Assembly (NCBI GenBank): GCA_965212015.1
Contig: OZ243037.1
Location: 800,001-864,000, forward strand
DNA: 64,000 nucleotides
Source of the DNA: Cenarchaeum sp.
GTDB taxonomy: Archaea > Thermoproteota > Nitrososphaeria > Nitrososphaerales > Nitrosopumilaceae
Direction: 5' to 3'
In this document: piece by piece, positions 50,214-59,783 of the stretch
Layout of the letters: every line of letters starts with the position of its first letter
Position numbering within the stretch: position 1 is the stretch's first letter
Notes under the pieces: model-generated
What the model was told of the DNA's origin: nothing
The model's database searches: none
The model's input: the letters and a program-made list of their open reading frames with translations, nothing else
Program-made: the position numbers and the translations under genes

Positions 50214-50831
50214 GTTGTAAGATGGAATAACCCCTATAAAAAATATTACTTGTATGTTCTGGCAAGTTGTCTGAGTCTAGGCGTGATCGTATGATTTAAA
50301 ATCAAACTCGGTCAGAAATTCCGTCATGGCACACAGAGATTCCACTCGATCGCCATTGCCCGAATCCCTTCGGATTTGCAATCTTTTCAAACCTACAGTC
50401 CAGATAGCCCTGAAAAAACCCAAAAGCGATCAGGCAGCCAAATTCGTGTTCGAGTTCACGCATGAAATTTCACTAAAAACCAGCCAATCCCGCTAGAGCT
50501 GCATGCAATGCTATAGTTGGCATCGGTACTGGCAGAAACTCATCCTTGGCACGTGTGTTGTCCTTTGTGCCGCACGGAATGTTGCACGGCAGACAAGATG
50601 CCCAGATTTTCCCGATACACGTGAAACCATACAACTGCGAATCCGTGCGCCACGCTCGGAGCAGGGTATTTCTATGCCGGTCATGGGTTTCAATATTACG
50701 CAGATCCAAACGACGACAAAAAATCAGACGCATTTATGACGGATCTAAAGCTGGGAAACAAGCCAGACCACGCGTGACATTTTTTCCGAATTCAATCTGT
50801 ACGTGGACTGTATTTTTCACCGGGTATTCTC

Positions 50832-51488
50832 TCAGACCATCGATTCTGCAAACTCGCCCATGGCCTTTTCCCAGTCTTTGGCCTTTACAATCCCGCTTGC
50901 CACGAGTATCCCCTTTGCCCCAAGCTCGCGCGCCTTTTTTACGTCACTGCCAGACACAATCCCCGCGCCGCACAGCAGCCTTGAGCGGTTTTTCGCCCCA
51001 CTTACTGCGGCTGCCGCCCTTTGAATCAGCTCCGGCCTCTCCCGGGAGACTGCCTTGCCTGACCCAATCAGCTCAGGCGGCTCTATTGCTATATAGTCCG
51101 GATTCAGCTTTGCGAATTTTTTTGCCTCCGCCACGTTTCTGACGCACAGAATAGAGATCATGCGCAGCCGCCGCAGCCGGGACACCAGGTTTTTGATCTC
51201 GCCGTATTCAATCCTGTGCTCGCTGTGGTTTATTATAGAGCCGCCTATCCCGGATTTTTTGAGCAGCTCTGGCACCACAAACCCCGTGGTGCTGCCGGTT
51301 TTTTTGTCGTCTGTATGCTGTGCAAGTATGACAAGCCCGCCGGATACCGCCTTTGCGGCAAGGTGCTGCGGCGGGGCAATTGCAATCTTGATTCCGTGCC
51401 TTTTTGATATCTTTTTTGCAATCCGCACAAGCCTGACAATCCCGTCGCCTGAAACCTCCTCATAGTTTTTGCAGTTAATCACAAACAA
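50832..51488 (-). CDS. tpiA: Triosephosphate isomerase (archaeal type)
   Basis: INCKNY, AQH, NHSEHR, IEPPELIGSG, LCGAGI. Confidence 0.96.
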   Translation of the reverse strand: MFVINCKNYEEVSGDGIVRLVRIAKKISKRHGIKIAIAPPQHLAAKAVSGGLVILAQHTDDKKTGSTTGFVVPELLKKSGIGGSIINHSEHRIEYGEIKNLVSRLRRLRMISILCVRNVAEAKKFAKLNPDYIAIEPPELIGSGKAVSRERPELIQRAAAAVSGAKNRSRLLCGAGIVSGSDVKKARELGAKGILVASGIVKAKDWEKAMGEFAESMV

Positions 51489-51542
51489 GCCCGAATTGAG
51501 GCTGTGCCAGTCTGCTATTTATTGCTTGTACCGTATGTACGG

Positions 51543-51827
51543 TCACTGCGTCCGTACTCGGTCGTATCTGCGCTTCATGGCAAAGACTATCAGCATCAGC
51601 ACTATTGCGGCGACGTTTGTGCCTATTATATAGACGTCCATCACCTCCAGGCCGTAAATCAGCCACAGCAGCGCGCCGACTCCGATCAGTATCATCAGGT
51701 ACTTTGATACGTCCTTGAGGCTCTTTGTCCTGTAGCCCTTGGCTATCTGGTGCGCCCATCCGGACAGGATGAGGACGCCGGCGACTATTCCCAGTATTGT
51801 AAGCGAGACTCCCTCAAAGACCAACAT
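51543..51827 (-). CDS. SemiSWEET / PQ-loop family membrane protein
   Basis: 3 TM; QIAKGYRTKSLKDVS, LWLIYG. Confidence 0.8.
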   Translation of the reverse strand: MLVFEGVSLTILGIVAGVLILSGWAHQIAKGYRTKSLKDVSKYLMILIGVGALLWLIYGLEVMDVYIIGTNVAAIVLMLIVFAMKRRYDRVRTQ

Positions 51828-51830
51828 GCA

Positions 51831-54386
51831 TCACACATAGTCAAAGAACTGGTCCAGTCCCGTCTGTTTTGGCTTGCCCAGAATCTCGTCAAAGTCAAGG
51901 CCCATCGACGAGGTGATCTGATCAAGTGTCGACTCCATAAACTCCATGTATTTTTTCGCATCAATCTCGTCCTGGCGCGCCATCTCTACTGGCTTTACCC
52001 CAGGCTTGTTAATTATCTTGACGTATGAGATAATGTCCCCCTTTTTGATCTCCCGTACTGTCTCAAGCAGTCTGGCCGCCCTTATGTGCTGCGGCACGGT
52101 CTTTACATATTCGGCAGGCGCCTTGCTTATCATGACGTTAAATGCGAGCTGATCCAGCGGAATCTCCCTGGCCTCGAGCTTTTTGCCCCAGTGCGCAATC
52201 TTTGCACCTATCTGCCTTTTTGCCGAGTTAAAGTCGCTTTCGTTTTGCACCGTGGATAGCACGTCGACTAGCTCGTAGAACAGCGTCTTGATAAATGGCG
52301 GCGTGTGCGATTTCTTGCCGGTAAGGCCCTTTACGTCCACCTTGCCGGACTTTGTCACCCCGAGATAGTTCTTTTTTCTGTTGCTTAGCACCACGTACCT
52401 GTATTCCTTGTCCACCTCGAGCTCCACCTTGTGGTCTGCCTTTGCGTGCTCAATTATCCCCTGTATCTGCTGTTCGGTCGGGTTTTTGACGAACAGCGAG
52501 TCCGTGTCCCCGTACAGCACGTGAACCCGGCTTTGCTCGCACCGCTTTATCGTCTGCATGATGATGTACCTGCCAATGGCAGTAGTCGCCTCTGCGGCCG
52601 GCAGAAAGTACAGCGGGAATATCTCGGCGCCCATCACCCCATAGCTGGCGTTGAGGATTACCTTGAGTGCCTGGCTTACCACCGTATACTGCTGCCTCTG
52701 ATCCTCTGTAAGCGACTTGTTCTTTGAGAGGCTCTTGTAATAGTTTACCCGCAAGTCGCGCAGCGAGCCTATCAGCAGCGAGGTGAGGCCGTTTTTTTGC
52801 ACGCACGCCCAGTGGTTCGTGTCCGGGATTGTGTTTTTCCTGCATTCCTCGTGGACGCACCTTACTGTCTCGTACGAGAGGTTTCGCACCTTGATTATAC
52901 TGGGATACAGGCTTGCAAAGTCCATCACCGTCACATCAAAGTGTATGCCCTCCTCAGGCTCCACTACCAGGCCGCCGCGGTATTTCTTGTCCTTGATTAC
53001 GGCGTCATTGTGCACCCCCTGGGACTTTGCCTCCAGCTCGTCGCGCTTTGGAATCAGGGCGTTTCTCTGCCTGTGCTCATAGTACAGCATGCTCCGAATC
53101 CACTGCGAGACGCCCAGCCTGGATATGTCGTCAATTGGCATCTTTGCGATTCTCGTAATGACTACCAGCAGGTTCATGAGAATGTCGCCGTTAAAGGTGG
53201 TCAGCTTGTGCGTCAGGCGGGCGTCGTTATAGCAATAGTTGGCAGTCTGGTACAGGTTCAGATCGTCGAGCTTTATCCCATAGTCTATCTTTTGCTCGCC
53301 GAGCAGCGCCTTGCTGACGCTGTTGAGCGAAAAGTCAGAGTATTTTGCGCTAAACGCATAGATCTGAAACGACCGGTTCGAGAGCGTCCTGTACAGGTCG
53401 ATGTGGACGCCGTGCTTTAGCGTCGCCGAGTCGCGCATCATGTACAGCGGATTGTCGGCGTCTGCGATTCCCAGCTTGCGCGCGCGGTTGTATATGTACG
53501 GCATGTCAAAGTCGTCTCCGTTATACGTAAGCACGAACGGGAACTGTTCTATCACCCCGAGGGCGTCCCGGATCATGTCCTTTTCTCTGTCCTCTGCATA
53601 AAACACCACGTCTATGTCCGCCTCGAGCTCGTTTGTCCCCTCTTTTGCGCCTGCCCTCCTCAGCACGAATATGCGCTTAAAGCCGTCAGAGCCGTCAAAG
53701 CCCACCGCAGTTATCCTTTTTTCTGCGAGCTTTGGATCCGGGATTCTCCCTATCTCTGATTCCACCTCTATGTCAAAGCTCATCCTCTTGAGCTTTGGGA
53801 TGGGCTGGTTGAGCAGCTCCGCCCACTCAGATGTGTACTGCCGGAACTGCTCTGCGTTTACAATGTCGTCGTTTGAAATCTTGTCCCACAGCAGCTCCTT
53901 TAGGAGCGTCCTTACCTCGTCGGATATCGCCATGTCGCGCTGCGTTATCCTGCCGTCTTGCACCTCGTAGTACCTGCCGACGGTAAGCGACGCGTCATAC
54001 AGATAGTTTTCATAGTACTTTATGTCAGACTCCCACGTCTCTATCTGGTTGCGTATGCTCCTGTCAGTCTGCGTCCCGCCGATTGCCAGCGGATCGGAGG
54101 CGGTAATCTTTGAGACGGTAATCTCTTTGTCCTGTAAAAGGTCGTGCTTTTTTACGCGCTCGATTTTGAGCACGTCGTCTCGCTCGTTTAGAAACTCCAG
54201 CTCGCCGGAATCCAGCTTGGAATAGCAGTACGGCATGTGTCCGGTCTCGTCTGCCCACAGTATGATTTTTTGCGACTCGGTGTCGTAGAACTTTAGGACC
54301 GCGACTTTTTTCTTGCCGTCGTATGCGGCAGATATCAGCAGCGACGGCGGTACCGACGTCTTTGCGCTGGCAGTCCGGCTCTGCAT
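51831..54386 (-). CDS. polB: DNA polymerase family B (PolB1)
   Basis: FDIE, YNGDDFD, DFASLYPS, KVILNASYG, YGDTDS, KKNY. Confidence 0.97.
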   Translation of the reverse strand: MQSRTASAKTSVPPSLLISAAYDGKKKVAVLKFYDTESQKIILWADETGHMPYCYSKLDSGELEFLNERDDVLKIERVKKHDLLQDKEITVSKITASDPLAIGGTQTDRSIRNQIETWESDIKYYENYLYDASLTVGRYYEVQDGRITQRDMAISDEVRTLLKELLWDKISNDDIVNAEQFRQYTSEWAELLNQPIPKLKRMSFDIEVESEIGRIPDPKLAEKRITAVGFDGSDGFKRIFVLRRAGAKEGTNELEADIDVVFYAEDREKDMIRDALGVIEQFPFVLTYNGDDFDMPYIYNRARKLGIADADNPLYMMRDSATLKHGVHIDLYRTLSNRSFQIYAFSAKYSDFSLNSVSKALLGEQKIDYGIKLDDLNLYQTANYCYNDARLTHKLTTFNGDILMNLLVVITRIAKMPIDDISRLGVSQWIRSMLYYEHRQRNALIPKRDELEAKSQGVHNDAVIKDKKYRGGLVVEPEEGIHFDVTVMDFASLYPSIIKVRNLSYETVRCVHEECRKNTIPDTNHWACVQKNGLTSLLIGSLRDLRVNYYKSLSKNKSLTEDQRQQYTVVSQALKVILNASYGVMGAEIFPLYFLPAAEATTAIGRYIIMQTIKRCEQSRVHVLYGDTDSLFVKNPTEQQIQGIIEHAKADHKVELEVDKEYRYVVLSNRKKNYLGVTKSGKVDVKGLTGKKSHTPPFIKTLFYELVDVLSTVQNESDFNSAKRQIGAKIAHWGKKLEAREIPLDQLAFNVMISKAPAEYVKTVPQHIRAARLLETVREIKKGDIISYVKIINKPGVKPVEMARQDEIDAKKYMEFMESTLDQITSSMGLDFDEILGKPKQTGLDQFFDYV

Positions 54387-54394
54387 CAGAACAC

Positions 54395-54931
54395 CTATTT
54401 TGGGGCTACCCGCGCGTCGTATCCGTCAAGCAGCTTTTTTGCCCAGCGCGAGATCTTTTTGCGCTCCAGCGTGACCAGGTCCACCCCCGCCTCTGCGAGC
54501 AGGTCATAGTCAGTCTCAGGATATGTATCCAGACAGACGAATCTTTTTATCCCGATGGTAATGGCCATCTTTGTGCATTCTAGGCACGGCACAAGCGTGG
54601 TATACAGGGTGGCGTCCTTTGTGCCGGCCTCTATTCCCAGTATCGCGCAGTGCATTATGGCATTGGCCTCGGCGTGGTTGCAGACACACCTGTCTAGGGC
54701 CTCGCCGGACTCTAGCCTGCCTTGCATGCGCCTCTGGCACCTCTCGCAGCCGCCCTCAAAACAGTTCCTGATTCCAGGCGGGGTGCCGTTGTATCCGGTT
54801 GCCAGCTGCCTGTGGTTGTGCACTATTACTGCCCCGACCTGCTTTGTGATGCAGTTTGAGCGAAGCTTTGCCAGCTCTGCCTGCAGCATAAAGTACTCGT
54901 CCCAGCCGGGACGCTCGTGGGGTTGGCTCAC
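54395..54931 (-). CDS. dCMP deaminase (ComEB-like)
   Basis: RPGWDEYF, TGYNGTP, HAEANAI, PCLEC. Confidence 0.93.
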   Translation of the reverse strand: MSQPHERPGWDEYFMLQAELAKLRSNCITKQVGAVIVHNHRQLATGYNGTPPGIRNCFEGGCERCQRRMQGRLESGEALDRCVCNHAEANAIMHCAILGIEAGTKDATLYTTLVPCLECTKMAITIGIKRFVCLDTYPETDYDLLAEAGVDLVTLERKKISRWAKKLLDGYDARVAPK

Positions 54932-55026
54932 ACAGCCAAGATGGCCCGCCTGTAATATATTGATATTTGAGCAATAGCTAACAATCCGTCACATAAAGCC
55001 ATAAAATCAATGCCTGCGGTGAGTGT

Positions 55027-56514
55027 ATGGCATTGGACGTCAGATATCTGGAGGGAAAGTTCATCGCAAAGGACACAGTGGAGCTGCGCGACTATCAGGT
55101 CAACCTGGCAGACCAGGCAAAGCAGAAAAACTGCGTAATAGTGCTGCCCACCGGGCTGGGCAAGACCGTGGTGGCCCTGCACGTGATTGCCGAATTCCTG
55201 CAAAGGGGCATGGGCGTGCTGTTTCTGGCCCCGACGCGCGTGCTGGTCAACCAGCACCATACGTTTCTCAAAAACTCCCTCACCATAGGCGACATTGCCC
55301 TGATTACTGGCGAGGACACCATTGCAAGGCGCAAAAAGCTCTGGAACAGCAGCATAGTGTGCGCCACGCCGGAGATTGTAAAGAACGATCTAGACAGGCA
55401 GCTCGTCGCACCCGAGCAGTTCGGTTTGGTGATATTCGACGAGGTCCACAGGACTGCAGGCAACTATGCATATTCCGCAATAGCAGAGCGCCTCCCCGAG
55501 GGCGCCCATATTGTGGGAATGACTGCGACGCTTCCAAGCGAGAGGGAAAAGGCAAAGGAGATCATGGGCAAGCTCGGCATACGCGACATTGCACAGAGAA
55601 CAGAGGAGGACGCAGACGTAAAGCCGTACATACAGGATACGGAAACGCAGTGGATAAACGTAGAGCTGCCCGGCGAGCTAAAGGAGATCCAGGCGCTTGT
55701 AAAGCTGGCCCTCGACGAGCGGTACGAGGCGCTGCAAAAAAAAGGCGCCAGGGTCACAGACAGGTCGCTTTCTGCCCTGCTGCGGATGAGAGTGTACGTG
55801 CTAAACCAGAACCGCTATGCAGCAAAGCCGCTTTTTACCGCAATCAGGATCACATACGCGCTGAACATACTCGAGGCGCACGGAATCACGCCGTTTTTAA
55901 AGTTCTGCGAGCGGACATCAAAGAAAAAAGGCGCCGGCACAAGGGAGCTCTTTGAGCAGGATCCGAACTTTACAAGGGCAGTCCGTCTTGCAAAGGCCGC
56001 CCAGGCCGGGGGAATAGAGCACTCAAAGATGCCGGTGCTAGAAGAGATTGTGCAAAAAAACGACGGAAGGACGCTGGTGTTTTCTAGCTATCGCGACTCT
56101 GTGGACGTTATCCGCTCAAGGCTGGTGCGGCTGGGCGTTCCGGCCGGAATCCTGATTGGCAAGGCGGGACAGACCGGCCTGAAGCAAAGGCAGCAAGTCG
56201 AGGCCGTAGAAAAGTTCAGGGACGGAACATACAGGGTGCTGATTGCAACCAGGGTCGGCGAGGAGGGGCTGGACATATCGGAGGTGAACCTGGTGGTCTT
56301 TTACGACAATGTTCCAAGCTCGATTCGCCACGTACAGAGAAGGGGCAGGACCGGAAGGCGCAAGGCAGGCAGGCTAGTGGTGCTAATCGCAAAGGGCACC
56401 ATAGACGAGAGATATTACTGGATAGGAAAGCGCAAGATCAGCAGCGCGCGCGGCATGGGGGAGCAGATGAGCCGCATAATACAAGAGCCGGCGGGCCTTG
56501 ACGAATATAGCTAG
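55027..56514 (+). CDS. Hef/FANCM-like DEAH helicase without a nuclease domain
   Basis: RDYQ, LPTGLGKT, DEVH, GEEGLDI, QRRGRTGR. Confidence 0.9.
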   Translation: MALDVRYLEGKFIAKDTVELRDYQVNLADQAKQKNCVIVLPTGLGKTVVALHVIAEFLQRGMGVLFLAPTRVLVNQHHTFLKNSLTIGDIALITGEDTIARRKKLWNSSIVCATPEIVKNDLDRQLVAPEQFGLVIFDEVHRTAGNYAYSAIAERLPEGAHIVGMTATLPSEREKAKEIMGKLGIRDIAQRTEEDADVKPYIQDTETQWINVELPGELKEIQALVKLALDERYEALQKKGARVTDRSLSALLRMRVYVLNQNRYAAKPLFTAIRITYALNILEAHGITPFLKFCERTSKKKGAGTRELFEQDPNFTRAVRLAKAAQAGGIEHSKMPVLEEIVQKNDGRTLVFSSYRDSVDVIRSRLVRLGVPAGILIGKAGQTGLKQRQQVEAVEKFRDGTYRVLIATRVGEEGLDISEVNLVVFYDNVPSSIRHVQRRGRTGRRKAGRLVVLIAKGTIDERYYWIGKRKISSARGMGEQMSRIIQEPAGLDEYS

Positions 56515-56783
56515 CCGTAGCGCTTTATCACGTGGTATCCAAACTCCGACTTTGCCACGACGGCCTCGCCCACCTGCAGTCCGAATGCGGCCTGCTCAAA
56601 GGGCTTTACCATCACTCCCCGGCCGAAATATCCTAGGTTGCCGCCGCGCTTTGCGCTAGGCGAGTCAATTGACAATTCCGCAAGCTTTGCAAACTTTTCG
56701 CCGGATTTTAGGCGCTCCAGTATGGCAAGGGCCTCGCCCTGCTTTTTGACCAGTATGTGGGAGCACTTTATCTTGTTTGCCAT
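56511..56783 (-). CDS. Parvulin-type peptidyl-prolyl isomerase
   Basis: CSHILVK, GGNLGYF, MVKPFE, SEFGYHVI. Confidence 0.93.
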   Translation of the reverse strand: MANKIKCSHILVKKQGEALAILERLKSGEKFAKLAELSIDSPSAKRGGNLGYFGRGVMVKPFEQAAFGLQVGEAVVAKSEFGYHVIKRYG

Positions 56784-56825
56784 GCCTTTGGCACGGAATG
56801 TTTTCTATAAATTGTTAGTGCGGCA

Positions 56826-57107
56826 TTACTTGAATATCCGTCCCCTTATCTGCGGGATTTTTCCGTATATCATGTCCCTTACCTTGAGCTGATCCTCGAC
56901 TGACGGGGACTTTTTCTGGCCGGTCAGGACCGCGCTTCCCATGCCCAGGGCCATTCCCATTATCAGCCCGTATACGAACTCTTTTGGATCGCCTACGTGC
57001 AGGGCGTCCTTGTTCTGGGCAATCTGCTCGAGCTGCTCGGGGATGGTGGATACTGCCGCATCAATGGTCTGATCAATTATCGCCTCAAGTGCCGCATCGT
57101 CGTCCAT
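56826..57107 (-). CDS. Conserved hypothetical protein
   Basis: 93 aa; KEFVYGLIMGMALG; ATG start. Confidence 0.7.
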   Translation of the reverse strand: MDDDAALEAIIDQTIDAAVSTIPEQLEQIAQNKDALHVGDPKEFVYGLIMGMALGMGSAVLTGQKKSPSVEDQLKVRDMIYGKIPQIRGRIFK

Positions 57108-57179
57108 GGCACCACACAGAGGCGGCAGGTAATAAACATTAAAGCTAGATTTTTAATTGAGCGGGATTTTCAGCTGTAT

Positions 57180-57572
57180 GTGTTTTCATATTTCACGATA
57201 AAGAGCGCAAACCGGATTCTCCCCGACGTGATCAGGCGCTACGAGCGGGTCACGTCATGCAAGAGCGGCGTCATGCGCGCAGAAAAGCAGGTGCAGCTCT
57301 GCACGTCGGGCATCAAGGAATACGCGGAGCTAAAGCAGCAGCTCAACTCCAAAATCACCGAGTTTTACCGCGCAATCGAGGAGCTAGAGGCCACGGGCGC
57401 AGTCCTCAAGAGCGTCGATGGGGGACTGCTGGACTTTCCGGCAAAGCGCTTTGAGGACGAGATATGGCTGTGCTGGAAGGCAGGCGAGACGGAGATAAAG
57501 TTCTGGCACGAAAGGGACTCGGGGTTTGGCGGGAGAAAGCCCATCGAGATAAGCGACGAGACGCTAGTGTAA
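57180..57572 (+). CDS. DUF2203 family protein
   Basis: FT...AN..LP, GLLDFP, WLCWK.GE..I.FWH...GF.GRKP; start GTG 57180. Confidence 0.88.
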   Translation: MFSYFTIKSANRILPDVIRRYERVTSCKSGVMRAEKQVQLCTSGIKEYAELKQQLNSKITEFYRAIEELEATGAVLKSVDGGLLDFPAKRFEDEIWLCWKAGETEIKFWHERDSGFGGRKPIEISDETLV

Positions 57573-58469
57573 ATGCTCTCCGTCTGGCTTCGCGCAATAC
57601 GACTGCGGTTCCTGCTTGCATCCGTGGTGGCCGTCTCTGCCGGCCTTGCCATAAACTGGTGGCAGAACCACTCAATTGACATACCCGCCGCAGCACTCAC
57701 GATGTGCGGGGTGCTTGCCTTGCATGCCAGCGTTGATCTGCTAAACGACTATTGGGATTTCAGGCGCGGCATCGATGCGGCCACAAGGAGGACAAAGATG
57801 AGCGGCGGCACGGGCGTCCTGCCAGAGGGGCTGCTGAGGCCAGAGCAGGTGTACCGTGCAGGAATCGCGTTTTTGATCCTCGGCGGTGTGATCGGGGGCT
57901 ATTTCATATTCACCGACGGGATAGCAATCGCTGCGATACTGGGCTTTGCCATTCTGTCCATCTATTTTTATTCCACAAGAATCGTGGACTCGGGGCTGGC
58001 AGAGGTCTTTGTGGCAGCAAAGGGCGCGTTGATACTAGTCGGGGCGCACCTCATACAGGGCGGCGGCATTACCGCCGAGTCCGCCCTTGCCGGCGCCGCA
58101 GTGGGCGCGCTCTCCTCGCTGGTGCTCTTTGTCACGTCGTTTCCGGACTATACGGCAGACAGGGCGGGGGGAAGAAGGACGCTGGTAATAGTCATCGGAA
58201 GGCAGAGGGCCTCGCGCGTCTTTTGGGCATTTCCCGCGGCTGCATACGGGCTGATTCTCTCAGGCATTGCAGCCGGGATGTTTCCCGCATTTGTCCTAGT
58301 CACGCTGTGCGCGATTCCGCTGCTGGTAAAGTCCGGGGCAAGCCTCAGAATCCACCACAGCGATCCGGAGGGACTGCTTGCCGCAATGTCAGGCACGCTC
58401 TGGTTCAGCAGGGTTACAGGCGCGCTCCTTGTTGCCGGGTTTTTGATTCCCGCCTTTATTTACACATAA
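57573..58469 (+). CDS. menA: UbiA/MenA-family prenyltransferase
   Basis: NDYWDFRRGID, PDYTADRAGGRRTL; multiple TM segments. Confidence 0.85.
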   Translation: MLSVWLRAIRLRFLLASVVAVSAGLAINWWQNHSIDIPAAALTMCGVLALHASVDLLNDYWDFRRGIDAATRRTKMSGGTGVLPEGLLRPEQVYRAGIAFLILGGVIGGYFIFTDGIAIAAILGFAILSIYFYSTRIVDSGLAEVFVAAKGALILVGAHLIQGGGITAESALAGAAVGALSSLVLFVTSFPDYTADRAGGRRTLVIVIGRQRASRVFWAFPAAAYGLILSGIAAGMFPAFVLVTLCAIPLLVKSGASLRIHHSDPEGLLAAMSGTLWFSRVTGALLVAGFLIPAFIYT

Positions 58470-58494
58470 ATTTAGCGCGGAATTCACACCAGCC

Positions 58495-59595
58495 ATGATT
58501 GCAGGCAGCGCCACGGGCGAGGGGACGGCAAGGTTTGCCAAAGAGTCGGGCATACCGCAGGAGAACTACAAGAATGCGGCGGGCCTGACGCTCTCAAACG
58601 TGGGCATTGGCACGTACCTCGGCGAGCCGGACTCGCAGACAGACGCGCAGGTAATTGACGCCATAAAGAGGTCCGTTGCCGCAGGAATCAACGTAATTGA
58701 CACTGCGATAAACTATCGCGCGCAAAGGGCAGAGCGCGCAGTGGGCGGTGCGATATCAGAGATGGTCGCAGACGGGGCAGTCTCGCGCGACCAGATCTTT
58801 GTCGCCACAAAAAACGGCTATGTCACAAACGACGCCGAAATCCCGGGGGATTTCTGGGGGTACATAAACAAGGAATACATCCAAAAGGGGATAATCCAAG
58901 AGGGCGAAATCTCTGCTGGCTATCACTGCATGGCCATTCCGTACCTTGAGGATCAGCTCGGCAGGAGCTTGAAAAACCTGAGTCTGGAGTGCATAGACCT
59001 GATATACATCCACAACGCCATGGAGGGCCAAAAGGACATGCCGAGGGGCGAGTTTTTAGAAAGACTCGCGCGCGTCTTTGAGATGTACGAGCGCAAGCGC
59101 AAGGAGGGGGTCATACGCAGCTACGGCATGGCCACATGGGAGTGCCTCAGGGTGGCAAGGGACAACCCGCAGTACCTGTCCCTAGAGGAGCTAGTCGGCA
59201 TGGCGCAAAGCGCCGGCGGCGGGGATCACGGCTTTGGGTTTGTCCAGCTTCCCTTCAACCTGTATTACGACCAGGCCATGATGCTCAAAAACCAGCCAGT
59301 CGGCGGCGCAGAATCGTCGGTCCTTGAGGCGGCAGCAAAGCTTGGAATAGGCGTCTTTACAAGCGTGCCGTTCATGCAGGGAAGGCTGCTGCAGCCAGGG
59401 GCGATGCCAGAGTTCTCCGATCACAGCCCGGCAGTCAGGGCGCTGCAGTTCATCAGGTCCGCGCCTGGCGTCCTTGCGCCGCTTGCGGGCCAAAAGACAA
59501 GGGAGCACACAGAGGAGAACCTCGCAGTCATGAACATCCCGCCCGTGCCGCAAGACGAGTTTGCCAAAATGGTGGCAAAGCTGACGCACGGCTGA
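58495..59595 (+). CDS. Aldo/keto reductase
   Basis: GIGTYLG, IDTAINY, ATKNG, IDLIYIHN, VQLPFN. Confidence 0.9.
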   Translation: MIAGSATGEGTARFAKESGIPQENYKNAAGLTLSNVGIGTYLGEPDSQTDAQVIDAIKRSVAAGINVIDTAINYRAQRAERAVGGAISEMVADGAVSRDQIFVATKNGYVTNDAEIPGDFWGYINKEYIQKGIIQEGEISAGYHCMAIPYLEDQLGRSLKNLSLECIDLIYIHNAMEGQKDMPRGEFLERLARVFEMYERKRKEGVIRSYGMATWECLRVARDNPQYLSLEELVGMAQSAGGGDHGFGFVQLPFNLYYDQAMMLKNQPVGGAESSVLEAAAKLGIGVFTSVPFMQGRLLQPGAMPEFSDHSPAVRALQFIRSAPGVLAPLAGQKTREHTEENLAVMNIPPVPQDEFAKMVAKLTHG

Positions 59596-59636
59596 GCTGC
59601 CATATTTATAAATAGAAACGGCCGGCACCCAAGGGC

Positions 59637-59783
59637 GTGCCAGTGGATCCAGTGTGCGGAATCGAGCTAGACGAGGACCTTGCCGTAATCCACGAGCATG
59701 ACGGGAAAAAGTACTATTTTTGCTGCAACGGATGCAGAAGGGTGTTCAAGAAAAAGCCAAAAAAATGGAAGAACAGATCCTAG
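59637..59783 (+). CDS. YHS-domain small metal-binding protein (48 aa)
   Basis: Manual translation: DPVCG...GKKYYFCCNGC...F; TTTATAAA upstream. Confidence 0.88.
   Translation: MPVDPVCGIELDEDLAVIHEHDGKKYYFCCNGCRRVFKKKPKKWKNRS

Noticed and set aside
50250-50830. Short overlapping ORFs between the GNAT module and tpiA
   Set aside because: No recognisable family or consistent frame
55023-55955. 310-aa alternative-frame ORF
   Set aside because: Arg-rich off-frame overlap of the Hef-like helicase, typical of GC-rich DNA
55027-56514. Hef-like helicase lacking the ERCC4 nuclease as a truncation
   Set aside because: Helicase motifs are complete, the ORF ends cleanly against parvulin, and no nuclease remnant follows; a split arrangement is unremarkable
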